A DNA stretch of 64,000 nt, taken from assembly GCA_043228905.1 (NCBI GenBank), contig JBHGNT010000016.1, positions 2,294,001-2,358,000 of the forward strand, read 5' to 3'. The notes under the pieces are model-generated. The model ran no database searches, was not told where the DNA came from, and worked only from the letters and a program-made list of their open reading frames with translations. Below are positions 12,001 through 24,600 of the stretch, one piece after another (the first letter of the stretch is position 1; every line of letters begins with the position of its first letter). The stretch comes from Azolla caroliniana (Eukaryota > Plantae > Polypodiophyta). Position numbers and translations under genes: made by a program.

Positions 12001-12640
12001 TTTTATTTTATTTTATTTTAAAGGAAGATGCACCTTCGTATATTACTTGAAAAGTCTACATAGGAAAAACAGAAGGAGACATTTCATATCACTTCTTTTT
12101 GTTTTTTTTTCCATAAAAAACTCCTTCCATTAGTTATAAAATTTTACAAATGAGATAGTTATGTACAAATCCCTGTAGGGACACGATAGTTCCATCTTAT
12201 GTGGATGCCCACGGACTCAATAAAGGGAGAGGACGACCATTGTTGGATGAAGGCTATTCGTTGTCTTTCAACTCCACCGGAGCCGCCCTTGATGCCATCA
12301 TATTGGCTCTTTAGAGTGCCTTCAATTTCACTCCATATCTATTGTAGTAACATTGTTGGATGCGCGGTTTGGTTGGAGAAGACCCGTCTACACCGTTGTT
12401 TCCATAAAATCCAAAGAGTTATTGGGCTGACCAATTCCAACACAACTTGAGATTTGTCATTAAGAGGAGTTGAGTGGACATTGTTGATGGTGGAGAAAAA
12501 AACCTCTTGTGTTTTTATCCCCTCCTCATGATGCTCGTATCTGCCATCTGGGGTCTGCCATGATAGCCAACATATATTTCCCCACTTGATTGAACCTTGC
12601 ACCTGGCATAATTACAACAAGCAGCCAACCCCCCGCCATA
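12001..12640 (-). mobile_element. LINE 3' fragment
   Basis: SPITLWILWKQRCRRVF motif (12339-12602); 3' UTR and T-rich tail at ~12001-12019. Confidence 0.7.
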
Positions 12641-12653
12641 TTTGATGGGACGT

Positions 12654-13780
12654 TGTCGCGATGTGGAGTGCTCAAGGGTGGGAAAAACCGGCGAAAAGGG
12701 GGTAAAAAATGTGCATGTGCAATGTGTGTGCACACAAAAGCGATTAATTGTGCATATGCAAAATAAAAAGGAAAAGAAAGGGTAAAAAGGAGGTATAGAA
12801 GCTCATGCAAAAAGTAAGAGAGAGAAGAGATAAAGGGTAGAGGGGAAACAGGCTATAAATTTATAGAGATAGAATTATACATTATTTAAGAAAGAGTTAG
12901 TGGGTTAGTGGATAGTCATATTTATTATTAGCTAGAGGTGCACGGTTCAAATCTAGTATTATAGTGCAGTGTGATTTAAGGAATTTTATTCCTTTTTCAT
13001 TGAAGACAAATTTGGCGACCCCCCCTTTCTTTTTTTCCTATAAAAGGAGGTCGAAGGGGGCTCATTTGGGAGGACGTTTTGGGAGGAGGAGACTATCGCC
13101 AATTTTCCTTCGAAGCTCTTCATCTCCTTATGCACCACTTTTCTTCATCTCATACCCCTTCATCCCCCCATCGCCACGTGCTCGTCTTATTCGCGTCGGC
13201 ACTCGAAGTGCTCGTGAGCCCAAGCTTCGTTGGTTCGACGTTGCTCTGCCCCGTTCGTCGTTGCGAGCCCGTGTGCTCGCCGTTCGGGTGGTCGTGGTTC
13301 GTTGGGATTGGCATTTTGGTGGTGCTCGTGTGTTCGTCTTCGCCGTGTTCGGTTTTGCCTTGTCTCTAAGGGCATTTAATATTTATGTTTTGATTGAGCT
13401 TTTGGTTAACTATAAGTTGCCATTGTAAACAAAACCCTATTTTATAAAGGGTCCTCTTGCATTAGAATCGAACACGTATTTAACTCTTTAGTCAATATCG
13501 TTCGTGTTTCTTTCTCTCCTTCTTTCTTTATTCGTGTCTTTCTTGTACGTTCGGCCGTCTTGTGACGAGGGGACCGTTCGGGCTTGCCCATGCACCTCTC
13601 CTCCTCATAAAGGCGTACGAGCATTTGTGTGTGTGTTTGTGTCTTCCTCGTACGTTCGACCATCTTGTGACGAGGGGACCGTTCGGGCTTGCCCATGCAC
13701 CTCTCCTCCTCATAAAGGCATACGAGCATTTTGTGCGTGTCTTTTGTGTCTTCCTCGTACGTTCGACGTCTTGTCACGAG
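12654..13780 (+). mobile_element. Truncated/solo gypsy-type LTR
   Basis: Begins TGTCGCG, has CCTATAAAAGGAGG TATA context (~13037-13050) like other LTRs here, GT-rich U5 with tandem repeats; no canonical 3' terminus found. Confidence 0.6.
13545..13780 (+). repeat. ~106-bp tandem repeat (2 units plus a partial third)
   Basis: Units start at 13545, 13650 and 13757 (GTACGTTCG..CTTGTGACGAGGGGACCGTTCGGGCTTGCCCATGCACC..). Confidence 0.9.
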
Positions 13781-13902
13781 GTATGGCATACTTCCACTTT
13801 GGACCAGCAATTGTCTCTAAAAATAATTGGAGTCCTTGCCATCGATTCTTAAAGGTCATTTGCCGTTGCCACAAAACATCATCCAAACCCTGTAGATCAT
13901 CA

Positions 13903-15325
13903 GTGTCTAGAATTTTATTGCCAAGTTTAACATCTTGACTTCAATTGTATTAAATTGTCAGTAATTGATGAGGGTAGGTTGTGGCATGTATACTTTGCAT
14001 CAGATGTGTGGATGTCCGCAAACACTTTGGCCATTCGAGTAGTCACAAGATCGGGGAAAAAATGGTCTTTGGATCCACCCTTTCAAGAATGCTTGTTGTA
14101 TTGCTCATTGCCGTTTTTTTTTTAAAAAACCTCTTCAAAATTTAGATTGGGATCCGACTGATTATCAATGGAAAAAGCCAAATTATGGTGGAAATGGTAA
14201 ACATTTGGAGTTTTTCCAATATTTAGTTAAGTAGGTAGAAATTTATTGTTGCAATCAAAGTATAAATGTCTTGTTGCCATGAAGCACTAGTTTGAGAATA
14301 ATGTGTAGGAATTACAACTTGCAAAATTTTGGAAATGGTTGTGGAGCATGCAATTGCCAAAAAAAGACATTTGCTTTCGATGGTTGCTGATTCATTATGC
14401 TCTTCCTGTTGGTGATTGGTTGAGACAGCATCAACAATATGCTTGTGGATTGCATTGTGGCGCACCTACTGAATCGATTTTGCATGTGTTTTGGTTATGT
14501 CCCAAGATCAAGAAATTTTGGAGTAAGTTGTTTTTATTGTTGAGACAACACTACTCTCGATCAATATTCTCTTGGGGTGCAGTATTGTGGGGTGTCCTTC
14601 ATGGAGAGGTTATGAGGTATGAAAGTATGCATGCTTCTCATGTTTTTCATTTTTCTTATGGACACCTCTCTCTCACCTCGTTTCCTTCTTCTATTTCACG
14701 GTTCAGAATTAAAAATCTCGTCATTTGGCGTACAATTACGTCATTGGCTCTTTGGATAATATGGAAAGCGAGATGTGATTCTGTTTTTAACAATGCCCAT
14801 ATACAGCTCAACACTATGCTTATTGAATTCTGGATGTTGTTTGTTCACACACTTCATGGCCAATATGATAATCTGCAGGGTTCAAATGATGTTTTGTGGC
14901 AACGGCAAGTGGCCTTTAAGAACCAATGGCAAGGACTCCAATTATTTTCAGAGACAATTGTTGGTCCAAAGTGGAATTATGCCATACCTTTGTTTATGTT
15001 GGATAGTGGATAGTAAGTATTGTTCTACTTGTTCATATATGACATCATTTGTATCATCAAATGTACTAGCTTTGTATCTTAGTTTGTCCCTTGCTAAAAT
15101 ATCTTTGAAGAACTTGTACTGATTTTCCAGGTCGGTCCTCGCGAGCGGATATGGGCCCTAGAGGATGGTGTAGAAACTCTCTGCTCGTAAGTCGTGCCTG
15201 AAAGCGGTTCATCCGGGTGAAGCCGGCGGCGAGGACGAAGTGAGATGAAATGTCTCCTTGTATTTTTCTTATGTAGACTTTTCAAGTAATATACTAAGGT
15301 ATATCTTCCTATATTAAAAAAAAAA
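13903..15325 (+). mobile_element. 5'-truncated L1-clade LINE 3' end
   Basis: ORF 14339-15013 with zf-RVT (FRWLLIHYALP..CGLHCGAPTESILHVFWLCP, LWIIWKARC); poly(A) at 15316-15325. Confidence 0.85.
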
Positions 15326-16099
15326 CCATGTATATATAACACTATAATGATGGCATGATGATATATCCTATTTATATTAGGATATGAGTCCTGACCAATT
15401 ACACTCCGAAATGGTAAGCATGCATTACTTAGATGAGTAGATATGAATTCCTATTCATTGCCAAACTAAAGACCATAATTGATTGTAGCTTTTAAACAAT
15501 CAATACCCTACAATGTCCCTAAAGATTTTGTAGATGCCACACATAGAAACTATGAAGAAGAGAGAGATCATGTTACATCAATATAGCATTGAAGTGCAAT
15601 CGCAACCATGGGAATAATATAATGGATGCTCAAGCTTATGTGCTCCTATGCAAGTATATATGTATACAACTTTGTGTTTTGAAGTGAAAATATAACCTTA
15701 GAACACTATTTAGGTTCCTACAATGTATTAGAGTGTTAACCCTAATGGTTAGCTCATCTATTAGATTTGTCTATTGATCGTATTTAGGATGGCGGTTTAC
15801 GTTTATCCATACCAACACTCCTCCTTGAGCTCTTCATTTGTGTCAATTAATTCTTTTTTATTCTATTCCATCTTGTATATAGCAAACTCTTGCATCAACA
15901 AGTTTGCAAACTTCCACATCATCCACTCTTGAATTCTTGTATCAATTAGTTGCTTAAAATTCTGCATCATTTGTTCTCCACCTATTTATTTATTTACTTT
16001 TAATAAAAGATACGCCATGGTATTATAAAATCATTATAAATGCAAAAGTTGAGTTTGATAAATGAGCCCAAAGTGAGCACATGCACTCAACACACATAA

Positions 16100-17394
16100 T
16101 AAATTATCCTGTCAAGAGATAAGCCCTCACTTTCCATGTGTTTGAGACACTTCAAGGCTTCATGTCCTTGTCCTTGTTGAGCATGGCCAGCAATAAGGGC
16201 TGACCAAGCAATCACATCTCAAAGATGAAGCTCTTCCGGTACTTTTCTTGCCTTCTCAAGAATACCACATCTCGAAGATGAAGCTTTCTCAAGCATACCC
16301 AAAAATGATTGCAGACCATGTGATGACATTGCGATTAGAATGGTCTTCGAGTGCTTTTTGGGCTTTGTCAAGCTTCCACATTTAGCATACATATCAACTA
16401 AAGCGTTACAAAACACAATATCCTTCTCTATGAAGTTTCATCTCCGAATTTGATATTGAATATATTTGAAAGACCCTCATTTTCTATTTGTTTGAAACAA
16501 TTTAATGCTCCATGGTCATGCCCTTGTTGAGTATACCCTGTTTCGAAGCATTTTAAAGCTTCATAAAGTCGGCCTTCTTGTGCATAACCTGAAATTAACG
16601 AAAAGGAACGCTCGTGTACAAACTCAATTCCATGGCTTCAAACATGATGGTTGATCCGGTCAAAACAACAAAACAAAGCTAATGCCAACCATAAATCCAT
16701 CCATCCATTCATGAGGAGAGGAGGACCTAAAAACACATTCGATGAACAATTAAGGGCCCAAACTCCTCATATTCTGATTTTGCTATCCACATCTATTGAA
16801 ATATGTTGAGCAATGCAAAAATAGAGCCTCCAATCCATGCACTATATTTCCTTTCAAGTGGTGCCACTACTTTGATTTTCATACAACTAGGTGCAAGTCT
16901 CATTATCTCCTTGCTCATCCTAGCAGAAATGCCAGGAAACATAGTGGATCCTCCACTGAGCACAACATTACCATAGAGGTCTTTCCGGATATCCACATCA
17001 CACTTCATGGTAGAGTTGTATGTAGTTTCATGGATATTTGCAGCCTCCATGCCGATGAGAGATGGCTGAAATAATACTTTTGGACATCAGAATCGCTCTA
17101 CACCTATAGTTATCACTTGTCCATCTGGAAGCCATTCCAGGATATAACATTTTAGATTGGCAACTTTCCAAGCCGTTTTTGTGCTTTCAAAAGAGCACCA
17201 CATTTAGCATACATGCTTATCAAAGTGGTTGCTAGATACAAGCTTTTTTCAAGCAACCCTTTTCTCACAATATATGCATGTATTCTAGAACCTTCACAAA
17301 GATCCTTCCTCTGAGCACAAGCTTTGAGAAATGCCACAACATTGAAATCTTCTTTTGACATTCTCTTCATTTCTCTTTTAAGTGTTGATACCAT
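16100..17394 (-). pseudogene. Fragmented PLS-class PPR pseudogene interrupted by an actin retrocopy
   Basis: FLKACAQRKDL..LISMYAKCGALLKA..NVISWN (17394-17133) resumes as LISGYAQEG (16600 downward); further motifs NALVDMYAKCGSL and WSALIAGHAQQGQG with deletions and stops. Confidence 0.85.
16601..17132 (-). pseudogene. ACT: Processed actin fragment (C-terminal ~135 codons plus 3' UTR)
   Basis: [52 protein letters not shown] (stop 16729-16727); no intron at the conserved plant FQQ/MWI position; internal stops. Confidence 0.92.
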
Positions 17395-18767
17395 AATGTT
17401 CTCTTCCCTTGTTTTCTCTTAAATTTCCCATATTTAGGATGACCATCAATGTCTTTCCCTACCACATACATCTCCTCATAGCCGATTTGATGTGTATATA
17501 CAAGAACTACACATATTTGTACACCATATATCCAAGGATTTTATCGTCTACTCCTTGCAAACTGCAACTCAGCATGCAATGTAACCTATACCACCAATAT
17601 TTGTAACAACACAGTGTCCATAAACAAAGTTAGTAGACATCGTTTCCCAAAATGATGGGGATTGTTCTCCACCTTTTGGTTTTATTGCATTTAGATTCTA
17701 TATAATAACTTGTTGATATTCTTGATTCCTTGAACCTTCATAAAAATATTTGTATTATCGTCTAGCCAAGGACAATACTCCAACTTCGCCTTCATTCTCA
17801 TATGAAGTGGTGTGGATCTCAATATGACTAGTCCATTTGTGGAACACCACATTCTTTACAATAGTAATGTCACTTTGGTTGTCAAATGTTATAGACTATT
17901 GGGACCTAAACTAGAGAGGATGGTTGCCTTCATGTGTTGGTGTTGGAGTTCTCAAAGATGTGGATTTCCACACTTGGTTTTCTTTGAAAGAGTTGAATTT
18001 CATCTTTTTAGTATTCTTGTGCCTGTGTAGAACTTTCATGTATGTGTGTGCATATGCGTGTGTGTGGATTATGTTATATACATGTATATGTTTGTAACCA
18101 AGTAGATAAGTGTGTACATATATGTATTTGCAGGATCATATGTGTAAGCGTGGATGAATGTTTATAGTTTGTTATAAGGTTTTCAATATGCATGTGCATG
18201 TATATTTGTGTGTTGGAAGGTGTAAGGGGTATTTAGGAAAATTAGTCTTGTCCCCTCCCCCTGGGTCATGGGGTAGATAGTTTTGTTATTTGTTATTGTT
18301 TAAGTCTAGGTCATCATATCGAGGCACCTTCTTTATCTCTAAAACTTAATGTTATTCTCTCTTCATGTTATTTTGATGATATCTAGATCTATAATGATAA
18401 AAAAAACTTTTGATTTTATCTTTTTACCTAACATATGGCTCAATTGCCCCCTTATCCAAATACATTTTCCATGATAAGTGGTGCCACTAAATCCCTCACT
18501 TTGTTCTATATACATATCTTGCAATTATGATAGTAGAATTGAATTACAGAAGCAAATTCAAGGAGTTGAATATAAGTTATAACCAACAATTGCTTTGTAG
18601 ATCCAAACTACTATTGCACCAACAAATGAGATTGGGCACCTATGATTGTTTTTTTCCTATTCAAGAGATTGTTGGAACAAATATTGAACATAATACAATG
18701 CAACAATGCATTGTTAAAGAATATAATTAGCATACATGACCTTTAAGAAAATGTCATTGAATGGACA

Positions 18768-19201
18768 TGTCAAGAATTAGATATGATTCTGTGCAACGGA
18801 AGAGATGTGTGTGTATGTGTGTAAGAGAGACGAGAGGAGAGAAACACAAGTTAGATTAGATAGAAGGGAAAATAGAATACTCAAGAAGAATATGTATATT
18901 AACAAGGAATATGATATACAAAAATGTAGCATTACAAGGGAGGAGAACCGACACACTATGAAGTAGGAGGAGGGTGCTTTATATAAGGTCACCATCTCTC
19001 TTCATTAACTCACTACAACAACAACTCTCTCTTGGGGAATGTGGAGACTCATTAGTCATCGGGAGTAAGCAAATCATTAGTTATGTGTTATCACATAGTT
19101 AATGTGTAGAGAGTAGTGGTGTGACTTTTGACCTTTGAGTGCTCATAAATTCTCAAAGGGTGTGTTCACACATAAGGCTAGGTTGAGCTTGATTCTTAAC
19201 A
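18768..19201 (-). mobile_element. Solo LTR (same family as 39187-39579, opposite orientation)
   Basis: TG...CA termini; near-TSD GGACA/TGACA; reverse complement shares the TATA block GTGAC..TATATAAAGCACCCTCCTCC with 39391-39417. Confidence 0.75.
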
Positions 19202-19559
19202 TGACATTTAAGGGAATAATTGTGTATTTTACCTTGTTGTGAAGTTTTTGTTAATGTGCTTGTAAAATTCATATAATGTTGGATTGAGAATGATTATAAG
19301 AATGTTTGACATTTCTTAGTATGTCTTGAGATGTTAACTCAACAAGTTGAACAATAGTTAGGAACTATCATTTGAGATCTCGATAATTATCAAGGGCTAA
19401 TGAAGGAGAAATATCCTCATTGTGTTTGTAAAGTCCACAAAGTGTCAAATCAATGTACATGTGATGCTTAATATTTGTAATACGATGTCAATGTTAATTC
19501 TATGTTGGAAGATGACCATCCAATGATCCATTCGAGCTCACTTGCTAAGGTTCAATACT

Positions 19560-19866
19560 AGTTGAGAAATTGAGGATGACATGTGTGCATGTCCCCACAT
19601 AGAATGCGGAATCCAACATTATTGACATGTGTATTGACTTTTCTTAGGAAATGATCTATTGTTGTGGCATCGAGTTTTCGAGGTTTGTTTGGAACGATGC
19701 ATGTGTAAGAGGGATGTGGGATGAGTATATAGTCGGTATTGCTCAACATAACTTCATTTTGAAGAAGTTTAACATTGACTATGAGGGTTGTAATATATTG
19801 TATGGATACTTTGTAGCCTTTGGGCATATTTTCATTAATACCACGGTGAATCTTGACTTAAAAAAA
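19560..19866 (+). mobile_element. LINE 3' end fragment
   Basis: 3' UTR resembles the reverse complement of 8560-8640 (GGGTTGT.ATATATTGTATG.A..TTGTAGCCTTT.GGCAT) followed by an A-run. Confidence 0.6.
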
Positions 19867-20603
19867 GTCTAACATGCACTAAATATGATTTGGATTGGGT
19901 CCATTTTGTGCAATTTCATGTATGTGTGATTCAAATATTTGGCTTGAAGGACATACAAAAGTAAGAGAAAGATAATTGGGTTGAACCCCTACATTCCACA
20001 GTGGCATCTAGTGACATAAGAGATATTTATGAAGTAATAAAGAGGTGAGAAAATTGGGTTTCAAACCCAAAATGTAATGCTAGTAGTGTAAACAACTTAC
20101 CACTAGGGCAAGCTAATTACAATTAAAAGAAAGAAGACAAAGTTATATTTATTTGGGACGAATTACAAGATATACATTTATTGCATGGATCATTGCCATT
20201 GAAAACAAACGTTGCACATTTGGTGGATTGGGAGTACTAATGTGGTTATTTTCTATACTGGAGCAAGTAAAAATTCTTTCCTCGATGGAGTGTTCGTCTT
20301 GCCTATTGATGATCCGACATGTCTCACTCCTCTTGTAATGGTGACCACACTCATTTGTGGTACCATTGTAGTGTTTTTCACACACATTTAATAATATAAT
20401 CGTGTGTTTTCAGAGGGAGAGGGAGAGAGAGAGAAGGGTGGGCGGGGGGAGAGATTACTAGCATTTATTGGGGGGGGGGGGGGGGTGAATACGATCTATA
20501 TAGTACATTGTCCAGGGTATTACGAGGAGTGAGCTTGGGTTCTTCCAAAAACTTATAAGTTGTGAATGATGCTTATGGTGCAAACAAACCACCGAGCCAA
20601 CAA

Positions 20604-20606
<3 letters not shown>

Positions 20607-20647
<41 letters not shown>

Positions 20648-20665
20648 TGTGTGTGTGTGTGTGAG
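20607..20665. repeat. Compound (GA)n(GT)n microsatellite
   Basis: Direct reading; other (GA)n tracts at ~30272-30316, 33110-33153 and 39084-39123. Confidence 0.95.
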
Positions 20666-21099
20666 TGAAAGTGATGCTTTACTTTTTCTTCGACAAGTGA
20701 GTTGTCAATTGTGATGAGATGATAAGGAAGTGTGTGTGTGTGTGTGTGTGTAGAGTAGTAGTAGAGGGTCTTTTGGGGTTACATGTGGAAAGGTCCATTG
20801 TACCAAATCCACCCATCTCATTTTCCATCTTGAACAATAAAATAACTATCTATACATTACATAAGGTAAAAGGAAAAGAAAAAGGAGAAGAAATGATCGA
20901 AAAAGAAGAAGAAGATAAAAGGGTGTCAAAACAAATACATAAAAAGAAATATGTATGTATGTAAGCAGCATAATTAAAAAAAGAAAAGAAAAAAGAAAAA
21001 AGAAAAAATCTATATAAAAGAAAAAAGGAAAAATAAAGAAAAGGAAAGAGACGGAAATGCGTGTCGGTGAGAAAATGGACCAGCACCCTAGAAAACGGA

Positions 21100-21470
21100 T
21101 TTCACGTCGCACTCAGCCAATCCCATGCGGCCACGTCATGGGCCCATCCCGTCGGCATCCTCTCTCTAGAGGCGACATCCTCTCTCTAACCCCCCATGGC
21201 GCTGGCGTCAGCAGCGCCCTCTCTCGCCCTTTACAGCTCACATCCAGAGCGCACCATTCATCCTACTCTCTGCATGCCCACATCATCTCTCTAGAACCAC
21301 ATCCTCTCTCTACAATTCCCCCCCCCCCTCTCTCTCTCTCTTCACCATTCATTCCTTCTTTGCTCTCCCTCCCTCCCTCTCTCTCTCTCTCTCCATTCTC
21401 ACCTCTCAGAGCTCTGTTTCTCACCCAGAGCTCTGCACAAGAAACCCTAACCCTAACCCTAACCCTAACC
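21100..21470 (+). promoter_or_regulatory. CesA proximal promoter/5' UTR: ACGT cores, site-II-like TGGGCCCA, CT-rich patch, telo-box AAACCCTAA extended as (CCCTAA)4
   Basis: CACGTC at ~21103 and ~21132; TGGGCCCA 21139-21146; AAACCCTAACCCTAACCCTAACCCTAACC 21442-21470. Confidence 0.55.
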
Positions 21471-21607
21471 TCCATACAATGAAGCTATCGCAACCCGCTG
21501 CTTAGCATTACATCCTTCCCCCAAACCACTCTCTTTCTTAGAAGAAACCCCAAAAATATTTGATCTTGTATAATCAAATTCTGCACCCCCCGAAGTGTGA
21601 ATGAAAA

Positions 21608-24600
21608 ATGGCGTCTTTTCCTGTCTCGTCAAGAAGGACATGTCAGATTTGTGGTGATGATGTGGGTTTTTCTGCATCAGGCTCCAAAGAGCCATTTGTT
21701 GCTTGTCTCCACTGTGGTTTTCCTGTTTGTCGACCCTGCTACGAATATGAAAGAAAAGATGGTAACCAAGCTTGCCCCCATTGCAAGAACAGATACATGC
21801 GTCACATAGGTTAGTTTCTCTCTCTCTCTCTCATTCCTTCTTCTTCCCTCGTTTTTCTTGCATTTTGAAATCAATATTCTTGGATTTCGACTGTATAGTT
21901 TCCCCCCCCTAGTTTCAGCATTGGGATCAAGATTCAATCTTGGATGTATACGCCCTGTTTTAGTGTTAGGACTACGTTTTAATTGATTTATAAGTATAAT
22001 CCCCTGTTTTAGATCTAAGATAAAGATTCAGTGGGATCGGAGTTCAATGGATTCTAATGTATAGTCTCAGATCAGGATCCTGCAGAGTTCGTTATACAGC
22101 TCCATTTTTAGCCTTGAAATCAGATTTCAATGGATTTTGATTTGTACCCTCAGATCAAGATTCCATGCCTCCCAGTAGATATATTAAGATCTGGATTCTG
22201 TGGATTCTGATGTATACGATTCCTGTGAATAAAGTGGTTTGCCTATATTGAGATTTATTTCCTTTCACAGCTAAACTCTCAGATTTAAATAGATTCCGAT
22301 TTACTAGGACTTGATTAATAATGAGATCAAGAATCAATGCATATTTGAATTTGAGATGAGGATTCAATTCATAACCCCTATTAGATTTCAGGTTTCAGTG
22401 GGTTCTGACCGATGTATTTTTTAGCTCTGAATCAAGATTCACATGAATTCGGATCCTTGAACCCCTTCAGCTCAGGTTGTATATCTTTAAAGACTTTTTG
22501 GAATCTGGATCCTTGACATCTGTTTACAAATCTAGTGACTTTTCTTCCATTTTGAGATCCACATTCACCCATTTTTTAGGAATATAGGATTCTGATGTAC
22601 ACTCCATATCCATCTAGGTTTAAGATCAAGATTTGATGGATTCTGATGTGTATAGAATCTGTTTTAGTTCTGAGACAGATGAATGATCTATTTTGAGATA
22701 TTATTTCAATAACGTTTACTAATCAAGACCGCGAGTAAAGAAGTTTGAAATTCAAGACTAGGATTCAATGGATTCTCAATATAATTCACTTTTTATTTAT
22801 GACACCAATATTTAAGGGATTCATGTCTATAGTACATGTTTAACTTTGAGATCAAGGTCCAGTGGATTCTGATGTAAAGTTACGTTTTCATCTTAGTTTG
22901 CAGGATTTGATGAATTCTAAGTTCTGTTGTATAGACCCCTTTCAACTTTGTGATGTGTAGTCCCTTTTCTATCTTTGAAATAAGAATAAATTGTATAGTA
23001 TATTTAGTCCCATTTAAGCTTTCGAGATCAGGATTCAATGCCTTACCATCTTTCCAAAAGATGAATCATGGCAATGTTTGACAAATCAAGTATTTTTGCT
23101 TTATTTCAACAGGTAGTCCTCGAGTTCCAGGGGATGAAGAAGAGGATGATGTCGATAATATGCACAATGATTATGACATGGCCTATGATAACCATGAAAA
23201 ACAACAGATTGCTGAGGCTATGCTCCATGGACATTTGAGCTATGGTCGAGGAGATGATCATGACATGCCTAGAACAGTGCAAACTATTGAACCACAGACG
23301 CCTTTGTTCACAAGTGGTCCTCAGGTGTGAATCTATGTTTTCCTTGTCTTATATCTACTAAGCTATGTATTTGGCAATACTGATTCTCTATTTTTCTTCA
23401 AAACTGTAGGCACGCATTGATTCACAACCTATCTCTCCAGACAACAGTATTGGACCCAATAGTGTCAATGGAAGCAAGAGAATTTACCCATTTCCTTACT
23501 CAGATCCTGGAACACCAGGTTATGAGAAGCAAAGTTCTTATTGATAGTGTACCGTTTTTTAAACTTCTCTCTGACCTGAATGTTTATTCGACATTTATGT
23601 GTTTGCAGGTATTAGCAAATCTAGTGATCTTTCAAGTACCTATGGCTATGGCAGCGTTGCTTGGAAAGAGAGAGTTGATGGCTGGAAATCAAGGCAGGAG
23701 AAGTTGCAAATGACTACAACTGAGGGTGTGGCTGCCAGTACTGTAAGCAAAGGTGGCAGTATCGATGAAAATGGAATGGATGGGGCTGATTTACCAATGT
23801 ATATCACTTCTGATTTACGGTCTTGTTTATTCTTTTTTTGGCTACAAAAAATTTGGAGGGGCAATTGTTTTAGGAAACAAAATGTAAGCTCTTCTCAAAC
23901 ACATTGTTATGAATATTTTTCTTGACCAGGATGGATGAGGCAAGACAACCACTTTCTCGGAAAGTGAACATTGCTTCGAGCAAGATAAATCCATACAGGA
24001 TGGTTATTGTTCTTCGGCTTGTTATACTGGGATTCTTTTTCAGATACCGTATTTTGAATCCAGTACCGAGTGCTTATGGATTGTGGCTTACCTCTATCAT
24101 TTGTGAGATCTGGTTTGCCTTCTCATGGATATTGGATCAGTTTCCTAAGTGGTTTCCAATCAATAGAGAAACGTACTTGGACAGGCTTTCTTTGAGGTTA
24201 GAAATATATGAATTTTCTGTGCTATTTAGGTTGCACCTTGTGTTTATTCTTTGTCTGGGGGACATTCTAATAATTCACTATGTCAACAGATATGAGAGAG
24301 AGGGAGAGCCATCCCAACTGTCTGCAATAGATGTATTTGTGAGTACAGTGGATCCAATGAAAGAGCCTCCTCTGGTTACTGCCAACACCATCCTCTCCAT
24401 TCTTGCTGTTGAGTATCCTGTAGACAAGGTTTCGTGCTATTTATCAGATGATGGTGCTGCCATGCTTACATTTGATGTTCTTGCTGAGACATCAGAATTT
24501 GCTCGAAAGTGGGTTCCCTTTTGCAAGAATTTTAACATCGAGCCAAGGGCTCCAGAAGTCTACTTTGCCCAGAAAATCGATTACTTGAAGGACAAGCTTC

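Noticed and set aside
13545-13780. Tandem repeats as a CRISPR-like array or ribozyme multimer
   Set aside because: No unique spacers, eukaryotic LTR context, and no hammerhead core (CTGATGA..GAAA) found.
15690-15830. Possible copia 3' LTR start with PPT (GGAGGAGTGTTGG on the minus strand)
   Set aside because: Too short and decayed to define boundaries.
21442-21470. Interstitial telomere or chromosome-fusion scar
   Set aside because: Only four CCCTAA units in a 5' leader; better explained as an extended telo-box.
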